Program-made: the position numbers and the translations under genes
Part shown: piece by piece, positions 31,663 through 43,684 of the stretch
How the letters are laid out: every line of letters begins with the position of its first letter
Numbering within the stretch: position 1 is the first letter of the stretch
Assembly: GCA_951406725.2 (NCBI GenBank)
Contig: OX597830.1
Coordinates: 71,486,001 to 71,550,000 of the forward strand
Reading direction: 5' to 3'
Source: Octopus vulgaris
Lineage: Eukaryota
DNA length: 64,000 nt
The notes under the pieces: generated by a model
What the model was told of the DNA's origin: nothing
Databases searched by the model: none
Seen by the model: only the letters and a program-made list of their open reading frames with translations

Positions 31663-32149
31663 TCTTCTTCTTCTTCTTCTTCTTCTTCTTCCAATCAGGA
31701 CTCATGCCATTAGCCACAAAGAATTATCTCTAATTCGAGCCTACTCTAAGCTACTAAGAATGCGTGTGACAGCTTGAAGATCCACCCACCACACGCGATA
31801 GACTGGCGGTTGAACCGTCGCGAAAGCTACGTTGTTATCCTCATTCCGTAAAAGGTGGCTTTTAACGGGTGGAGAGATGAACCATCCTGGGGTACAGAGG
31901 ATTCGCAATCTAGACTAGGGTCTGAAAGTTTTACCACACCATAGTGAGTTACACCATGGTTCCTCTGCTTTGTGACAGAAGTAGGAAGAAAGAGTGAGAG
32001 AAAGTTGTGGTGAAAGAGTACAACGGGGTTCAACGTCGTGGAGCTTAGGTGTTTTTGCTCAAGAAACACAATGCCCGGTCTGGGAATTGAAACTGTGTTC
32101 TTACGACCGCGAGTCCGCTGCCCTAACCACTGGGCCACTGCGCCTCCAC
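31663..32149 (-). mobile_element. SINE family C, tail type 2, ending in (GAA)n
   Basis: Head matches the 10845 and 11637 copies (GGAGGCGCAGTGGCCCAGTGGTTAGGGCAGCGGACTCGCGGTCG) but the ~280-bp 3' body is different; (GAA)n tail; short flanking repeat AACAGCAG. Confidence 0.75.
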
Positions 32150-33141
32150 TGCTGTTATTGTCGTTGTGTTTATCGCTACCACGTGTAAGCCTGGATTACT
32201 TAAAATATCTTGTCTTCGTTTTACTTAATAATAGCACCAGCTGTTGTTAAGGTAATTGACTTTTTTCCGCCAGTGTTGTCGATGATGTTGTTCCTCTTTG
32301 ATGTCTTTGTTGCTTTTGTTAATATTATTGTTGTGGCTATATTGTTGTCTTTTCGACATTGTTGCTATCTGCATTAAAACAATGTTGATGATTGCAGACA
32401 ATTATGTTCATTATGACCATCCATAATAATGTCTTCGCTGCCACAACTACTAACGTGTATTTCACATGGCAATGGTGTAGTTGTTTGTACTGTATTTATA
32501 ATTTCTGCTTTTGTTATTGATTTAATTGCCGAGGATCAATGACATTTAACATTTATACAATAGATAGGTAGAAGTTGAGAGAAAGAGAGAGAGGGGGGGG
32601 GGAGTCGTCATAGATAATAAGATCAACATCTGTGTAGCTGTTTGGATCCAGTTCAAGCTGAGATTGAACAGACATAATGTCACAGTATTCTGACCGTTGC
32701 TATCCCGCTCTGTATTTTAGCTTCTTGAAATAAGGATTCAGGGAATCACGTGGTTGTCACAGTAAGCTCTCCGTTAGAAATCGGCTATCAATCTGTGTAG
32801 TAATCAATTACAGTTTAGTGTGATGTAATGTGTCCGTGGAACTGAAAATGCAGAAAATCCGAGCAAAAACATTTTCAGATTTTCAGCGAGGTGCAAATAT
32901 AACATAAAGTCAGGAGGTGTATAAGAGGTGAGGTGAGTTTTATTTTTAATTTGAAAAAAAAAATTTTAAAAACTTATTCTCACCTCTCTATGTGATATAC
33001 ATACATGAAGAAACGACAACTGTAAGTTGCTTCACATTATAGTTTCAATACTATGTACTCAGTCAATCATGGCGCCTTGTGTTTTGATACACCCAGATTC
33101 TAAGGAATCCTGCAACATAAATACACTCACATACGCACACA

Positions 33142-33222
<81 letters not shown>

Positions 33223-33339
33223 TGGTAAAGTATAAAGTTTGAGTTCGCATCCCGTTTGAAGAAAATTTCCGATATTTCGAAGACAAATTCAAGAAACGAA
33301 GTTTGTAAATTTCTGCTGTCTGTCTGTTTATCTATTTAT

Positions 33340-33412
<73 letters not shown>

Positions 33413-35156
33413 CACATACACACATACGCATACACACGCACACATACTCTTTCTCCCTCTCAATCTCTCCCCACTTCTCAATTTGCGGCAAAACGCTCCA
33501 TACACGCATTCTTGGCCGTGTAAAAACATGGAGAAGATTTTTGCAGCATCCTATATGACTGCTTTCGATTTCACTTTCCATCTCTACGCTTTTACCCATC
33601 CAAATTCATTTCTTTCTTGTGTTTTGATATTCCCAGATTCTAACGAATCCTACAACATAATCTCATACACATGCTAACAATCTTTCATATGCACCTAAAC
33701 TAATATTTCTTAACGCGTCTACGGATACATACAAACACATATACATATAGCTTAACATTTACTATGATATGTATAACTGGCGTTTTAATTTATTCCTAAA
33801 TTTATACATCTGCACACACACATACTCACAACCACATTTTCTTATACAGAAACACACATACATATATACATACATACACACATACTCACATATGTAGATC
33901 AATATGTATTAAGAGTGAAAATTTAGTTGTTACACATTTATAAATACAAGTTTGTAAAGCGTAAAAAGACGTACAAATGTATATACCATTGTTTGGAGGA
34001 ACTGGAAATGCTATCATCGATTTTTATAAAACTTTGATTCCAGAGCGAGAAGCTTTTGCTTTTGTGGACACTAACGTTGAATTTTATAGTTATGTCTACC
34101 TTTTTCTATAGAAAGACATGCAGTGAACATACACACACATACTCCACGTGCAGCCACATATATTTTGTATGCCAAAATTCTCTCACAAGATATAGGTTGG
34201 CTCCAGGCTGTTGTCGAAAACACTCACTAAAGGTACTGCGCTGTGAGACTGAACCCAAATCCGTATGGTTGCGGAGCAAGCTTAACAATACAAACTTTCC
34301 CGCACATTAGTAGAGTTATGTCAGCTAAACAGCAACTAAAAGAAATCACCTAGGTAATAAAAAAAAAGTCATTAACTCTTAATTATTTATAGAAGTAGAA
34401 GCAAATTAATATACGTTCTTTTGAAGTATTGCATTATTACTTTTATTCGATTATGAAGCAGCAGAATGTTAAATAATTATATCTATAAGAAATATAATGA
34501 AAAGATGATTCAGCGGGAAATAAAGTAAGAAACATACCCAAACACAACGGAAGCATAAAGCTTAACCCTCATCAATTTCCGATCGACTATCATCACAGTT
34601 TCGACACCGTGTATGAATGCTTTCTAAGACACCCACACTCCAGGATAAGATTTTCCGCTCTTTTGACTCGAACCAGACTGCACGGGCTGAAGAGCCGAAG
34701 TAAATTTCAAAAGTTATTTTATTCCAATCATTAATCGTTTCAGCCAGGCTTATACAGCCTTCACGTACGAAATTAATTAAAATCGCTTCAAGAACTATCA
34801 AACCATTTGTTATGCTTTACGTACCTCTATTTTGAGTTTACAATAAAGCTTCTAAAGAACTTTTTGATCTGCTAGTAATAACAGTCAAACATTTGTTTAA
34901 ATCATATTCTACCGGCACAAACTTATATTAAGACGAAATTGGAAAAAGGTAGTATTACTTATATTGCACAGTACTATCTGTCTATCTTTTTTCATTCCTT
35001 TTTCTTCTTTTTTCTTTTTTTTTTCTTTCCTTTTACGATCCCTTTTGATCGAAAACCTACCCCACTTTTTGTTTTTTTTTCTCTCCCCAAAAAGAAAAGC
35101 TCTACTTTGTAATCTGTCCCGTTTGTGTGCAGCCCTGTGTGTCTAATAAAGAAACA

Positions 35157-35283
<127 letters not shown>

Positions 35284-35898
35284 TTATTCGAATGCTTTTG
35301 ATCATAGGTCTGTTCAATCAATTTATCTAGAGCTAATCAACAACTACAGTAAGAACTGCTCTGTTTCATTTTACTCCATTTATTGTAATACGTTTTACTG
35401 TTTCACTATAGGAGTTTTCATATGGTGGCGTGATCTGCTAAAACTAGTAGCCATACCTCCCTTAACTCACACTCCTCCGTCTTAAACTAAAAAAATGAAT
35501 GAGTGGATTCACTCACAGATTCACTGTGAAAACAAAGTAATGGATAAAGAGTGAAAAAGGAGAAAGAGGAGAGAGAGAGAGAGAGAGAAAGAGGGTGACA
35601 GGATAAGGAGACAGAGTAACAGACAGAGGTGGGAGACGAAGAGTAGGCGATACACTAGATCGCATAACCAAACCAGAAGATTGGACGACACAATAGGTCA
35701 CGTGAATAAATGAGAAATGAAGACGACACCAGGTGACGTGAGCAAATGGAAAGGGCAGAAGATATGTCACGTGATAAACAAACACAAAAAGCGATGGAGC
35801 GAAAGACAAAGATTAAGATATAGTCGCCTTGTATTTTTCATTTCCTCTTCTATAAGGGGTCTCTGCCTAAATTTTCAGAGCCCAAAACACAGAAACGC

Positions 35899-35949
<51 letters not shown>

Positions 35950-36339
35950 TTAAGACGAGGTTCTTTCATTTTCCTTCTACCAAACCCAGAATCCGCTCAC
36001 AAGGTTTCGTGCGGCTTACGGTTAAAGTATAAGAAGACACGTGCACAAGCTATACCACGCAGTGGGACCGAACCCGAATCAATGTGGTTGGGAAACAAGG
36101 CTAACAGATGGCAGGAACGATAGCGTAGTATAAAAAACGCCGTATTATATTTAGTCACGAATTTCAAGTTCAAATCCCGCTGGGGTTTCACCTTTGTCTT
36201 TTTAAAATTTCTGTAACCATAAAATCAATCCTTGCCTGGTTCTGCATTCGATTATATCTTCTATACGCTTTACACCTTCTTTGCAGAATTTATGTGATGG
36301 CACCTATGTTAGCGATCCTTTATGAAATTTTATCAACTA

Positions 36340-36723
36340 CTAGCAGTATCGCCCGGCGTTGCTCAGGTTTGTAAGGGAAATAACTATAAAGCATTTTTAG
36401 AGAGTTATAGCCAAAAAATAGCAAAAAAATGGAAAAAAATTATGGTAAATTTTTTTTGAGAGTAAAAAAAGGTGGAGTTGCGTCCCCTAGACATTTTGCG
36501 GTTTGTGTTTCTGATTCTCGACCCCATGTCGAATTTATCGACTTTTTTCAGAACTGGGGGAACTTTTCAAAATTTTCGCTGCGTTAGTTTTGAATTATTA
36601 CATTGGGCTATGTGTGTGTCAAGTTTCATCAGAATCGGTTGAAAGCCGTGGTCAGGTTGAGGGTACAAGCAAACAGACACACAGAAACACGCACAGACAA
36701 ACTGCCGTTTATATATAGAGAGA
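36340..36723 (-). mobile_element. Non-autonomous Helitron
   Basis: Minus strand begins TC (TCTCTCTATATATAAACGGCAG) and ends ...CCTGAGCAACGCCGGGCGATACTGCTAG (imperfect subterminal GC hairpin plus CTAG). Inserted between A and T with no TSD. Confidence 0.85.
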
Positions 36724-36864
36724 TTAGTTTGTCCCAAAAGTTCGTAAACACTTGCGAAAATTGAATTTTTACTCGCCAAGTACTAACAAAAACAATAAAA
36801 ATTATTCCTCAAAATAAAGACCATTATTTTCCAAGACTTTCTACGAACTTTTGGGACAACCTTA
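36724..36864. mobile_element. Mariner-type MITE
   Basis: Perfect 18-bp inverted match TTGTCCCAAAAGTTCGTA (36729-36746) / TACGAACTTTTGGGACAA (36842-36859); termini TTAGTTTG / TAAGGTTG; TA at 36865-66 and, beyond the Helitron, at 36338-39. Confidence 0.75.
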
Positions 36865-37678
36865 TATTTATGCGAATCGCACATGGCCATTTTCTCTTTT
36901 ATTTCTAACAAATATATTTTGTCTGTCTTCTAAATACATTCTCTTATTTTTCATAGTTGTAATTTTAATTTGATGTTAGTTTTACATATTAAAACAAACT
37001 TAAGATCGTGAATATCGGTGGTGCGTGTTCTTTGTTGACAAGAATGCGTATTGACCCCATAAATCTAATTATTTACAAATAAAACAACAGCTATAAAACA
37101 TTGCCCTTCACACTACATACAAAAAACAAGATGTCACCACAGCCATCATATATATTATCCCAATTTAATTAAAAATATTTATACATTCTCACCATCATCA
37201 TCCTGTCAACGAGGGTGCCTGTATAAGGTCAGGCAAACTTGCTAGACATAAAGGCCAAATATCCTAATGCTCCACCTTACGATCTTTAATAAAGAAATTA
37301 AATATTCTGTTATATAGCCCAGCATGTGAATAATAAGACAGAGGGTCGTGGTTGGATTAGTTTTAATAATATGTTTACATCTCGATCGAGGTTGTACCTA
37401 ATGATAATTAACATTGTCAGCTTCACACGCACGAGCCTTTCCTATAGTGACAAAGCATGATTTGACTTAGATTTCGCTGTTATTTCTAGCAAGTCACATA
37501 ACCATAAAATCTTCCTCGTTGTGATGCAGTCTATCGGTACCGAAGGGCTGCAGGATAAATTCGATTTTAGAGTCAAATTGTGGTTTGATCTCAAACGGTA
37601 TAAGAACGAAACTCGGTCACTAGTTAATTTAGTCTGGCCTCATGAAATTTCCATCGATTAGACAATAATAATTATATT

Positions 37679-37937
37679 ATTTACATTATTTATATTCGAC
37701 TGATATTTGTCATCTTGTTTGTTGCTAACACAACGTTTCGGCTGGTATACCCTCCAGCCTTCATCAGGTGTCTTGGGGGAAATTTCGAACCTGAGTTCTC
37801 ATTCCTGTTATTATGATTATTATTATTATTATTATTACTATTATTATTATTGTTATTGTTATTATTGCTCAGGTCACCGCTTGGAATCGAACTCGGAATC
37901 TTGGGGTTAGTCGCCCTCGCTCTTAACCACTACGCCA
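37679..37937 (-). mobile_element. tRNA-headed element carrying a hammerhead ribozyme (HHR family 1)
   Basis: Minus strand: A box TGGCGTAGTGG (37937-37927), B box GAGTTCGATTCC (37894-37883), (AAT)n linker, then the HHR (37772-37727) and a 3' body shared with 4620-4652 and 61385-61430. Confidence 0.7.
37727..37772 (-). ncRNA. Minimal type-I hammerhead ribozyme motif (family 1)
   Basis: Reverse complement: GACAC CTGATGA A GGCTG GAGGGTATAC CAGCC GAAA CG TT GTGTT. Confidence 0.72.
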
Positions 37938-38116
37938 TAATTATATTGTTTTCTTTTTACTGTAGGCACAATGCCTAATGTATTTGGGGAGGGAGCTAGT
38001 GGAACACATCGAGCACAGTGCTCAACTAGTACATATGTCATCAACTGCGAAAAGATAAAAGGCAAAGTAGACTTCCTTGGCATTTGAACTCAGAACGTCA
38101 TGTCGGAAGAAATACC

Positions 38117-38348
38117 TATTTCTTTATTACCCACAAGGGGCTAAACACAGAGGGGACAAACAAGGACAGACATAGGTATTAAGTCGATTACATCGACCCC
38201 AGTGCGTAACTGGTACTTAATTAATCGACCCCGAAAGGATGAAAGGAAAAGTCGACCGCGGCGGAATTTGAACTCAGAACGTAACGGCAGACGAAATACG
38301 GCTACGCAATTCGTCCGACGTGCTAACGTTTCTGCCAGCTCGCTGCCT
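38117..38348 (-). mobile_element. Young SINE family A copy nested in an older family A copy (~37955-38420), 19-bp TSD
   Basis: TCATGTCGGAAGAAATACC at 38098-38116 and 38349-38367. Confidence 0.92.
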
Positions 38349-39101
38349 TCATGTCGGAAGAAATACCGTTAAGTATTTTGTCCAATGTGCTAACGGTTTT
38401 ATCAATTCCTTACCTTAATTAGCTATTTCTAATTATTTAAATTGGTTGTTCCTAATAATTTAAAACCTGAAATTAAGGGAAAGAGAGGATTAGTCGATAA
38501 CCATTGACAGAAGTACTTGACTGCTACTTTATTTTATCAACCCCCAGAGGGATTAAAAGGCAAAGTTGACGCCGGTTACATGTTATATCAGAACGTAAAG
38601 GAGCCGGAATAAATCTGCAGTGCATTTTATCCGACGCTATGATTCGGAACAGCGTAGGAGAGCTTTCAGCAAGAAACTGATGAAAACGGAACTTTTTACC
38701 GGATTTAAATTGGCGCGTCTCCGAAACTTTTATATATTTTTGTAAATTTGTATATTCATCTTCTAAGTATTTTTCTCTGGAATTTTAATTCGTCATTGTA
38801 TGTTTTATTACCCCAAATTTTTAATTTAACAAATTTATACCAAATGTTTTATGAGTTTAAGCGTAAATTCAAGGTGTTATATATATGCAACATTGATTTT
38901 CTTATTTATTTATATATTTTTATATGATGTTTATATATTTATATATTACTATATTTTTAAACGTCGGGCTTTATATCTGTTCTGTAGATATAAATGAATA
39001 TATGAATGTTTTGATCATTCTGTGGATTTTGTAGTGTTCTTGTAGTTGCTGCTCACATTGCCTCCCCTCGGATTAAAATGTATGCATACATACATACATA
39101 C

Positions 39102-39165
<64 letters not shown>

Positions 39166-39170
<5 letters not shown>

Positions 39171-39442
39171 TATATTATATTAAATTAGAGATAAAACCAC
39201 TATTAGGTAAATCAAACAGTGAAAAACATAAGCCAATACATAAAATTAACTCGAATTATTACGAATTGTACAGCCATGAAACGATCGTAGTGTTTTACTC
39301 ATTATCTTTTATTAAACTTTTAATACTTTTGATATATATTTAAAATAATATAAATTAATTAATTTTATGTATTGGCTTATGTTTTTCATTGTTTGATTTG
39401 CCTAATAGTGGTTTTATCTCTAATTTAATATAATATAATATA
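39166..39442. repeat. 84-bp inverted repeat (foldback) with a partial hammerhead motif in the spacer
   Basis: Arms 39166-39249 and 39359-39442 differ at 2 positions; the spacer contains GAAACGATCGTA (39278-39289). Confidence 0.85.
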
Positions 39443-39543
39443 TTTATACTATAAAATTGGATTTAATCTTAAATCTGATTTTTCCCTGTAAGTTTGGATT
39501 TATTCCCTAATATTTTATTATTAATATATATATATATATATAT

Positions 39544-39699
39544 ACGACGGGCTTATTTCAGTTTCTTCTACTAAATCCACTCGCAAGGCTTTGGTCGGCC
39601 CGAGGCTATAGTAGAAGACACTTGCCCAAGGTGCCACGCAGTGTGACTGAAACCGGAACCATGTGGTTCTTAAGCAAGATACTTACCACACAGCCACTA
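39544..39699 (-). mobile_element. SINE family B, 5' half
   Basis: ACGACGGGCTT...CCCGAGGCTATAGTAGAAGACACTTGCCCAAGGTGCCACGCAG...CTTACCACACAGCCAC. Confidence 0.85.
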
Positions 39700-39965
39700 T
39701 ATCCTATATATATATATTCAATTTGCTCCCTCTTCTATCTGTCACTTTATCTTACTCTCACTTTCTAGCCGCCACTTTGGTTATGGCTTGACTGTCTGTT
39801 ATCGTCTTCCTTAAAATTAGCAGAACAAGATTAAATTATTTGCGCTCTCTGCCTTCAGGGCTGTGAGTGAGCTGGCGGGGCGGGTATTGTTTGATGTTAC
39901 GGAGCGGGCTCGGGTTCTGTTCATTGTTAATTACATAATTACTGTCCCGCTTAGTAAATGTCGCA

Positions 39966-40200
39966 TTCTTCTTCTTCTTCTTCTGTTTCTTCTTCCTCTT
40001 CCTCTTCTTCTTCTTCTTCTTCTTCTTCTTCTTCTTCTGTTTCTTTTTCTTCTTCTGTTTCTTCTTCTGTTTCTTCTTTTTCTTCTTCTTCTTCTTCTTC
40101 TTCTTCTTCTTCTTCTTCTTCTTCTGTTTCTTTTTCTTCTTCTTCTTCTTCTTCTTCTTCTGTTTCTTTTTCTTCTTCTTCTTCTTCTTCTGTTTCTTTT

Positions 40201-40232
<32 letters not shown>

Positions 40233-40284
40233 TTCTTCTGTTTCTTCTTCTGTTTCTTCTTCTTCTTCTTCTTCTGTTTCTTTT

Positions 40285-40316
<32 letters not shown>

Positions 40317-40422
40317 TGTTTCTTCTTCTGTTTCTTCTTCTTCTTCTTTTTCTTCTTCTTCTTCTTCTTCTTCTTCTGTTTCTTCTTTTTCTTCTTCTTC
40401 TTCTTCTTCTTCTTCTGTTTCT

Positions 40423-40453
<31 letters not shown>

Positions 40454-40580
40454 TTTCTTCTTCTTTTTCTTCTCCTTCTTCTTCTTCTTCTTCTTCTTCT
40501 TTTTCTTTTTCTTCTTCTTTTTCTTCTTCTGTTTCTTCTTTTTCTTCTCTTTCTTCTTCTTCTTCTTCTTCTTCTTCCTT
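39966..40580. repeat. ~600-bp interrupted (TTC)n/(GAA)n polypyrimidine-polypurine tract
   Basis: TTC repeats punctuated by TCTGTT and TTT variants. Confidence 0.95.
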
Positions 40581-40737
40581 CACCCATCATTATTTGTATT
40601 TTCCCAATTTCATTCATTTCAGATTATTTTCCAACATTATACTCGTTATCTCATAGAACTCACACACAAACATAAACACGTACACTTAGGTACACAGTCA
40701 CATACTTACACACACACACACATACATAGACATATGC

Positions 40738-41008
40738 ATAAAAATTATATAATTATAAGTATAATTATAATCAGGGGTCAGCAAATTGCTTCACCACATA
40801 CCGAAATTTAGAAATAGCAGTTAAATACTACTCCTCTACCATAAAATATCTCTCAGAGAGCAATACTTTTAATTAAGATTATTGCTGAATGGGAGATATA
40901 TTATGGTAGATGAATTGTATTTAACTGCTATTTCTAAATTTCGGTATGTGGTGAAGCAATTTGCAGACCCCTAATTATAAGTATGCTTATAACTATAGAA
41001 TTTTTGTA
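40738..41008. repeat. ~270-bp imperfect palindrome (long hairpin)
   Basis: Perfect 48-bp inverted match 40781-40828 / 40917-40964; imperfect symmetry continues to the centre near 40872 (TTAATTAA) and outwards. Confidence 0.9.
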
Positions 41009-41153
41009 TAAAGTTACTGATAAAGGTTCTTTTAACATACCGAACTATTTGGTAAAATTATTAATTATTAATTAATTAATTAATTTTACCCTTTATTATT
41101 ATTGAAAATATAGGAGCATGTTCGTTTATGAGTGTAAGGTATGCGCGCCATGT

Positions 41154-41202
<49 letters not shown>

Positions 41203-41271
41203 CTCTATCTCAATCACTGCAACACTATCATGTATACACAATCATATATACATATATATATCCAACGTATT

Positions 41272-41336
<65 letters not shown>

Positions 41337-42230
41337 ATATATATATATAATAGAAATATTAAAATTACTAAGACTCTCTAAAGGAGATTACGGCAGCGTT
41401 ACTGGAAATTATCTAATGCGCACGCGTGAGTACGTAGGTACCAAACAATCTAGAGAATATTGTATACGAATACTAATTGTAGAGTAAAATATTTTTTGAT
41501 ATAAGAAAAAAATTCACTATTTCTTACTCAGTTTCACGTGAAACTCTGATCAACAGTTTGTGAGGTTATCTAGCCTACATACACACACGCATACACGCAC
41601 ATACACAATTACCTTTCGGTCTAGAGTTCCCTTCTGCTTATTTACTTATCTAATTATTTTCTGTACTCCTCTCTTTCTGTTTTGTCCTTCATATCCGCTC
41701 TTACAACAGCATTTTCAGCCGTTAACACCAACATTACCGCTAAGGCGCCGAAATTGTAATGATTTCTGGTAAATAACTGATGAAAGACGAGTGTGTGTCC
41801 ACGCCGTTTGTATGTTTTCTCCCATTATACAAGCCACTAGTTTCCCCTCAGTGAAACCATATATTCACAGCCCTGCCCCCACCTTACTTCTCTAGCTCTC
41901 ACTGGTCCTCCGCTTGCTCCACAGCTCGGTGCATTCGAAGAATGTTTTGCATCACTGCTTCAGATCGACCGTACGTTTGCGATTGGCATAAGTTAAGCTG
42001 TGGGAAAAGACCTTGGTCATACACACACACACATACACACACATGCACATATAAACACATACACACACTCGCACTCACGCACACACTCACTCATTCACAT
42101 ACATAAACGTATATACCTATCAGTATTTTTCCCTCTCAGGCTAAGCATTTGCCGGACCCTTCTCACAATTTCTGGAGAGAAGTGCTTACCAGAGGTCACC
42201 CACAGCTATTCTCACAGCGTAAGTTGATAT

Positions 42231-42278
<48 letters not shown>

Positions 42279-42364
42279 AAAAGGAAAAGAAAGAGAGAGG
42301 TACAGAGAGACTAATAGTTAGACTTTTAAGGGTAAAATGAGGGACTTGGTGTGTGCGTGTGGAC

Positions 42365-42686
42365 TAGTGTCTTCTATCAAAGACTCGTGAGTGGATTTAG
42401 TAGACGGAAACTGAAAGAAGCCCGCCATATATATGTATATATATATATATGTGTGTGTGTGCGAGTGTTTGTATGTCTGTGTTTGCCCCCCACCCTCCAA
42501 CATCGCTTGACAACCGATGCTAGTGAGTTTACGTCCCCGTAACTTAGCGGTTCGGCAAAATACACCGATAGAATAAGTACTAGGCTTACAAAGAATAAGT
42601 CCTGGGCTCGATTTGCTCGACTAAAGAGGGTGCTCCTGCATGTCCGCAGTCAAAATAACTGAAACCAGTAAAAGAGTAAAAGAGTA
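42365..42686 (+). mobile_element. SINE family B, 5'-truncated
   Basis: GTGAGTGGATTTAGTAGACGGAAACTGAAAGAAGCCCG ... TAACTGAAACCAGTAAAAGAGTAAAAGAGTA tail. Confidence 0.85.
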
Positions 42687-42736
42687 CATGTATGTATGTA
42701 TGTGTGTATGTATGTATGTATGTATGTATGTATGTT

Positions 42737-42769
<33 letters not shown>

Positions 42770-43073
42770 ATGTATGTATGTATGTATGTATGTATGCATG
42801 CATGCATATGTCTGCGATCCGCTTCCACTTTTCTCTCTCCCCCCTCTCTCTCTCTCTCTTTCTCTCCATCTCCCCTTCGCTGCTACTTCCCTTACCCGTT
42901 TGGTTTTTCTACCTTTTCTGTTCGGTGTTTTTCAAAAATGTTATTTCTTCTCTCTCTCTCTCCTTAATTTACAGACCCTTTCTCTCCATCACTTTCTCGT
43001 TCTCTCTATTTGTTATACTTCCAAACTTCTCTCTTTGTTTATATTCATTTTATTCGGCTCTCCTTTCAACCTC

Positions 43074-43113
<40 letters not shown>

Positions 43114-43298
43114 ATGTATCTATCTATCTGTCTGTCTGTCTGTCTGTCCGTCTGTCTATCTGTATGTCTATCTGTATGTCTATCTATCTATCTATCTCTA
43201 TCTATCTATATCTATCTATCTTTCTTTCTATCTATCTATCTATCTCTCTCTATATATATCTATCTATCATCTATCTATCTATCTTTCTGTCCATCTAT

Positions 43299-43376
<78 letters not shown>

Positions 43377-43381
43377 ATGTA

Positions 43382-43422
<41 letters not shown>

Positions 43423-43514
43423 CTATCTGTATGTCTATCTGTATGTCTATCTATCTATCTCTATCTATCTATATCTATCTATCTATCTATCTATCTATCC
43501 ATCTATCCATCTAT

Positions 43515-43556
<42 letters not shown>

Positions 43557-43566
43557 GTCCATCTAT

Positions 43567-43616
<50 letters not shown>

Positions 43617-43648
43617 CTCTTTATCTATCAATCAGTCTGTCTGCCTGT

Positions 43649-43684
<36 letters not shown>

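Noticed and set aside
38677-38745. CTGATGA...TCC-GAAA as a hammerhead
   Set aside because: Stems I and III do not pair adequately; single copy.
39951-40583. 210-aa poly-Glu ORF (neurofilament/RPGR-ORF15-like composition)
   Set aside because: Lies entirely within a GAA repeat, starts at GTG, and has no unique flanking coding sequence or clear splice context.
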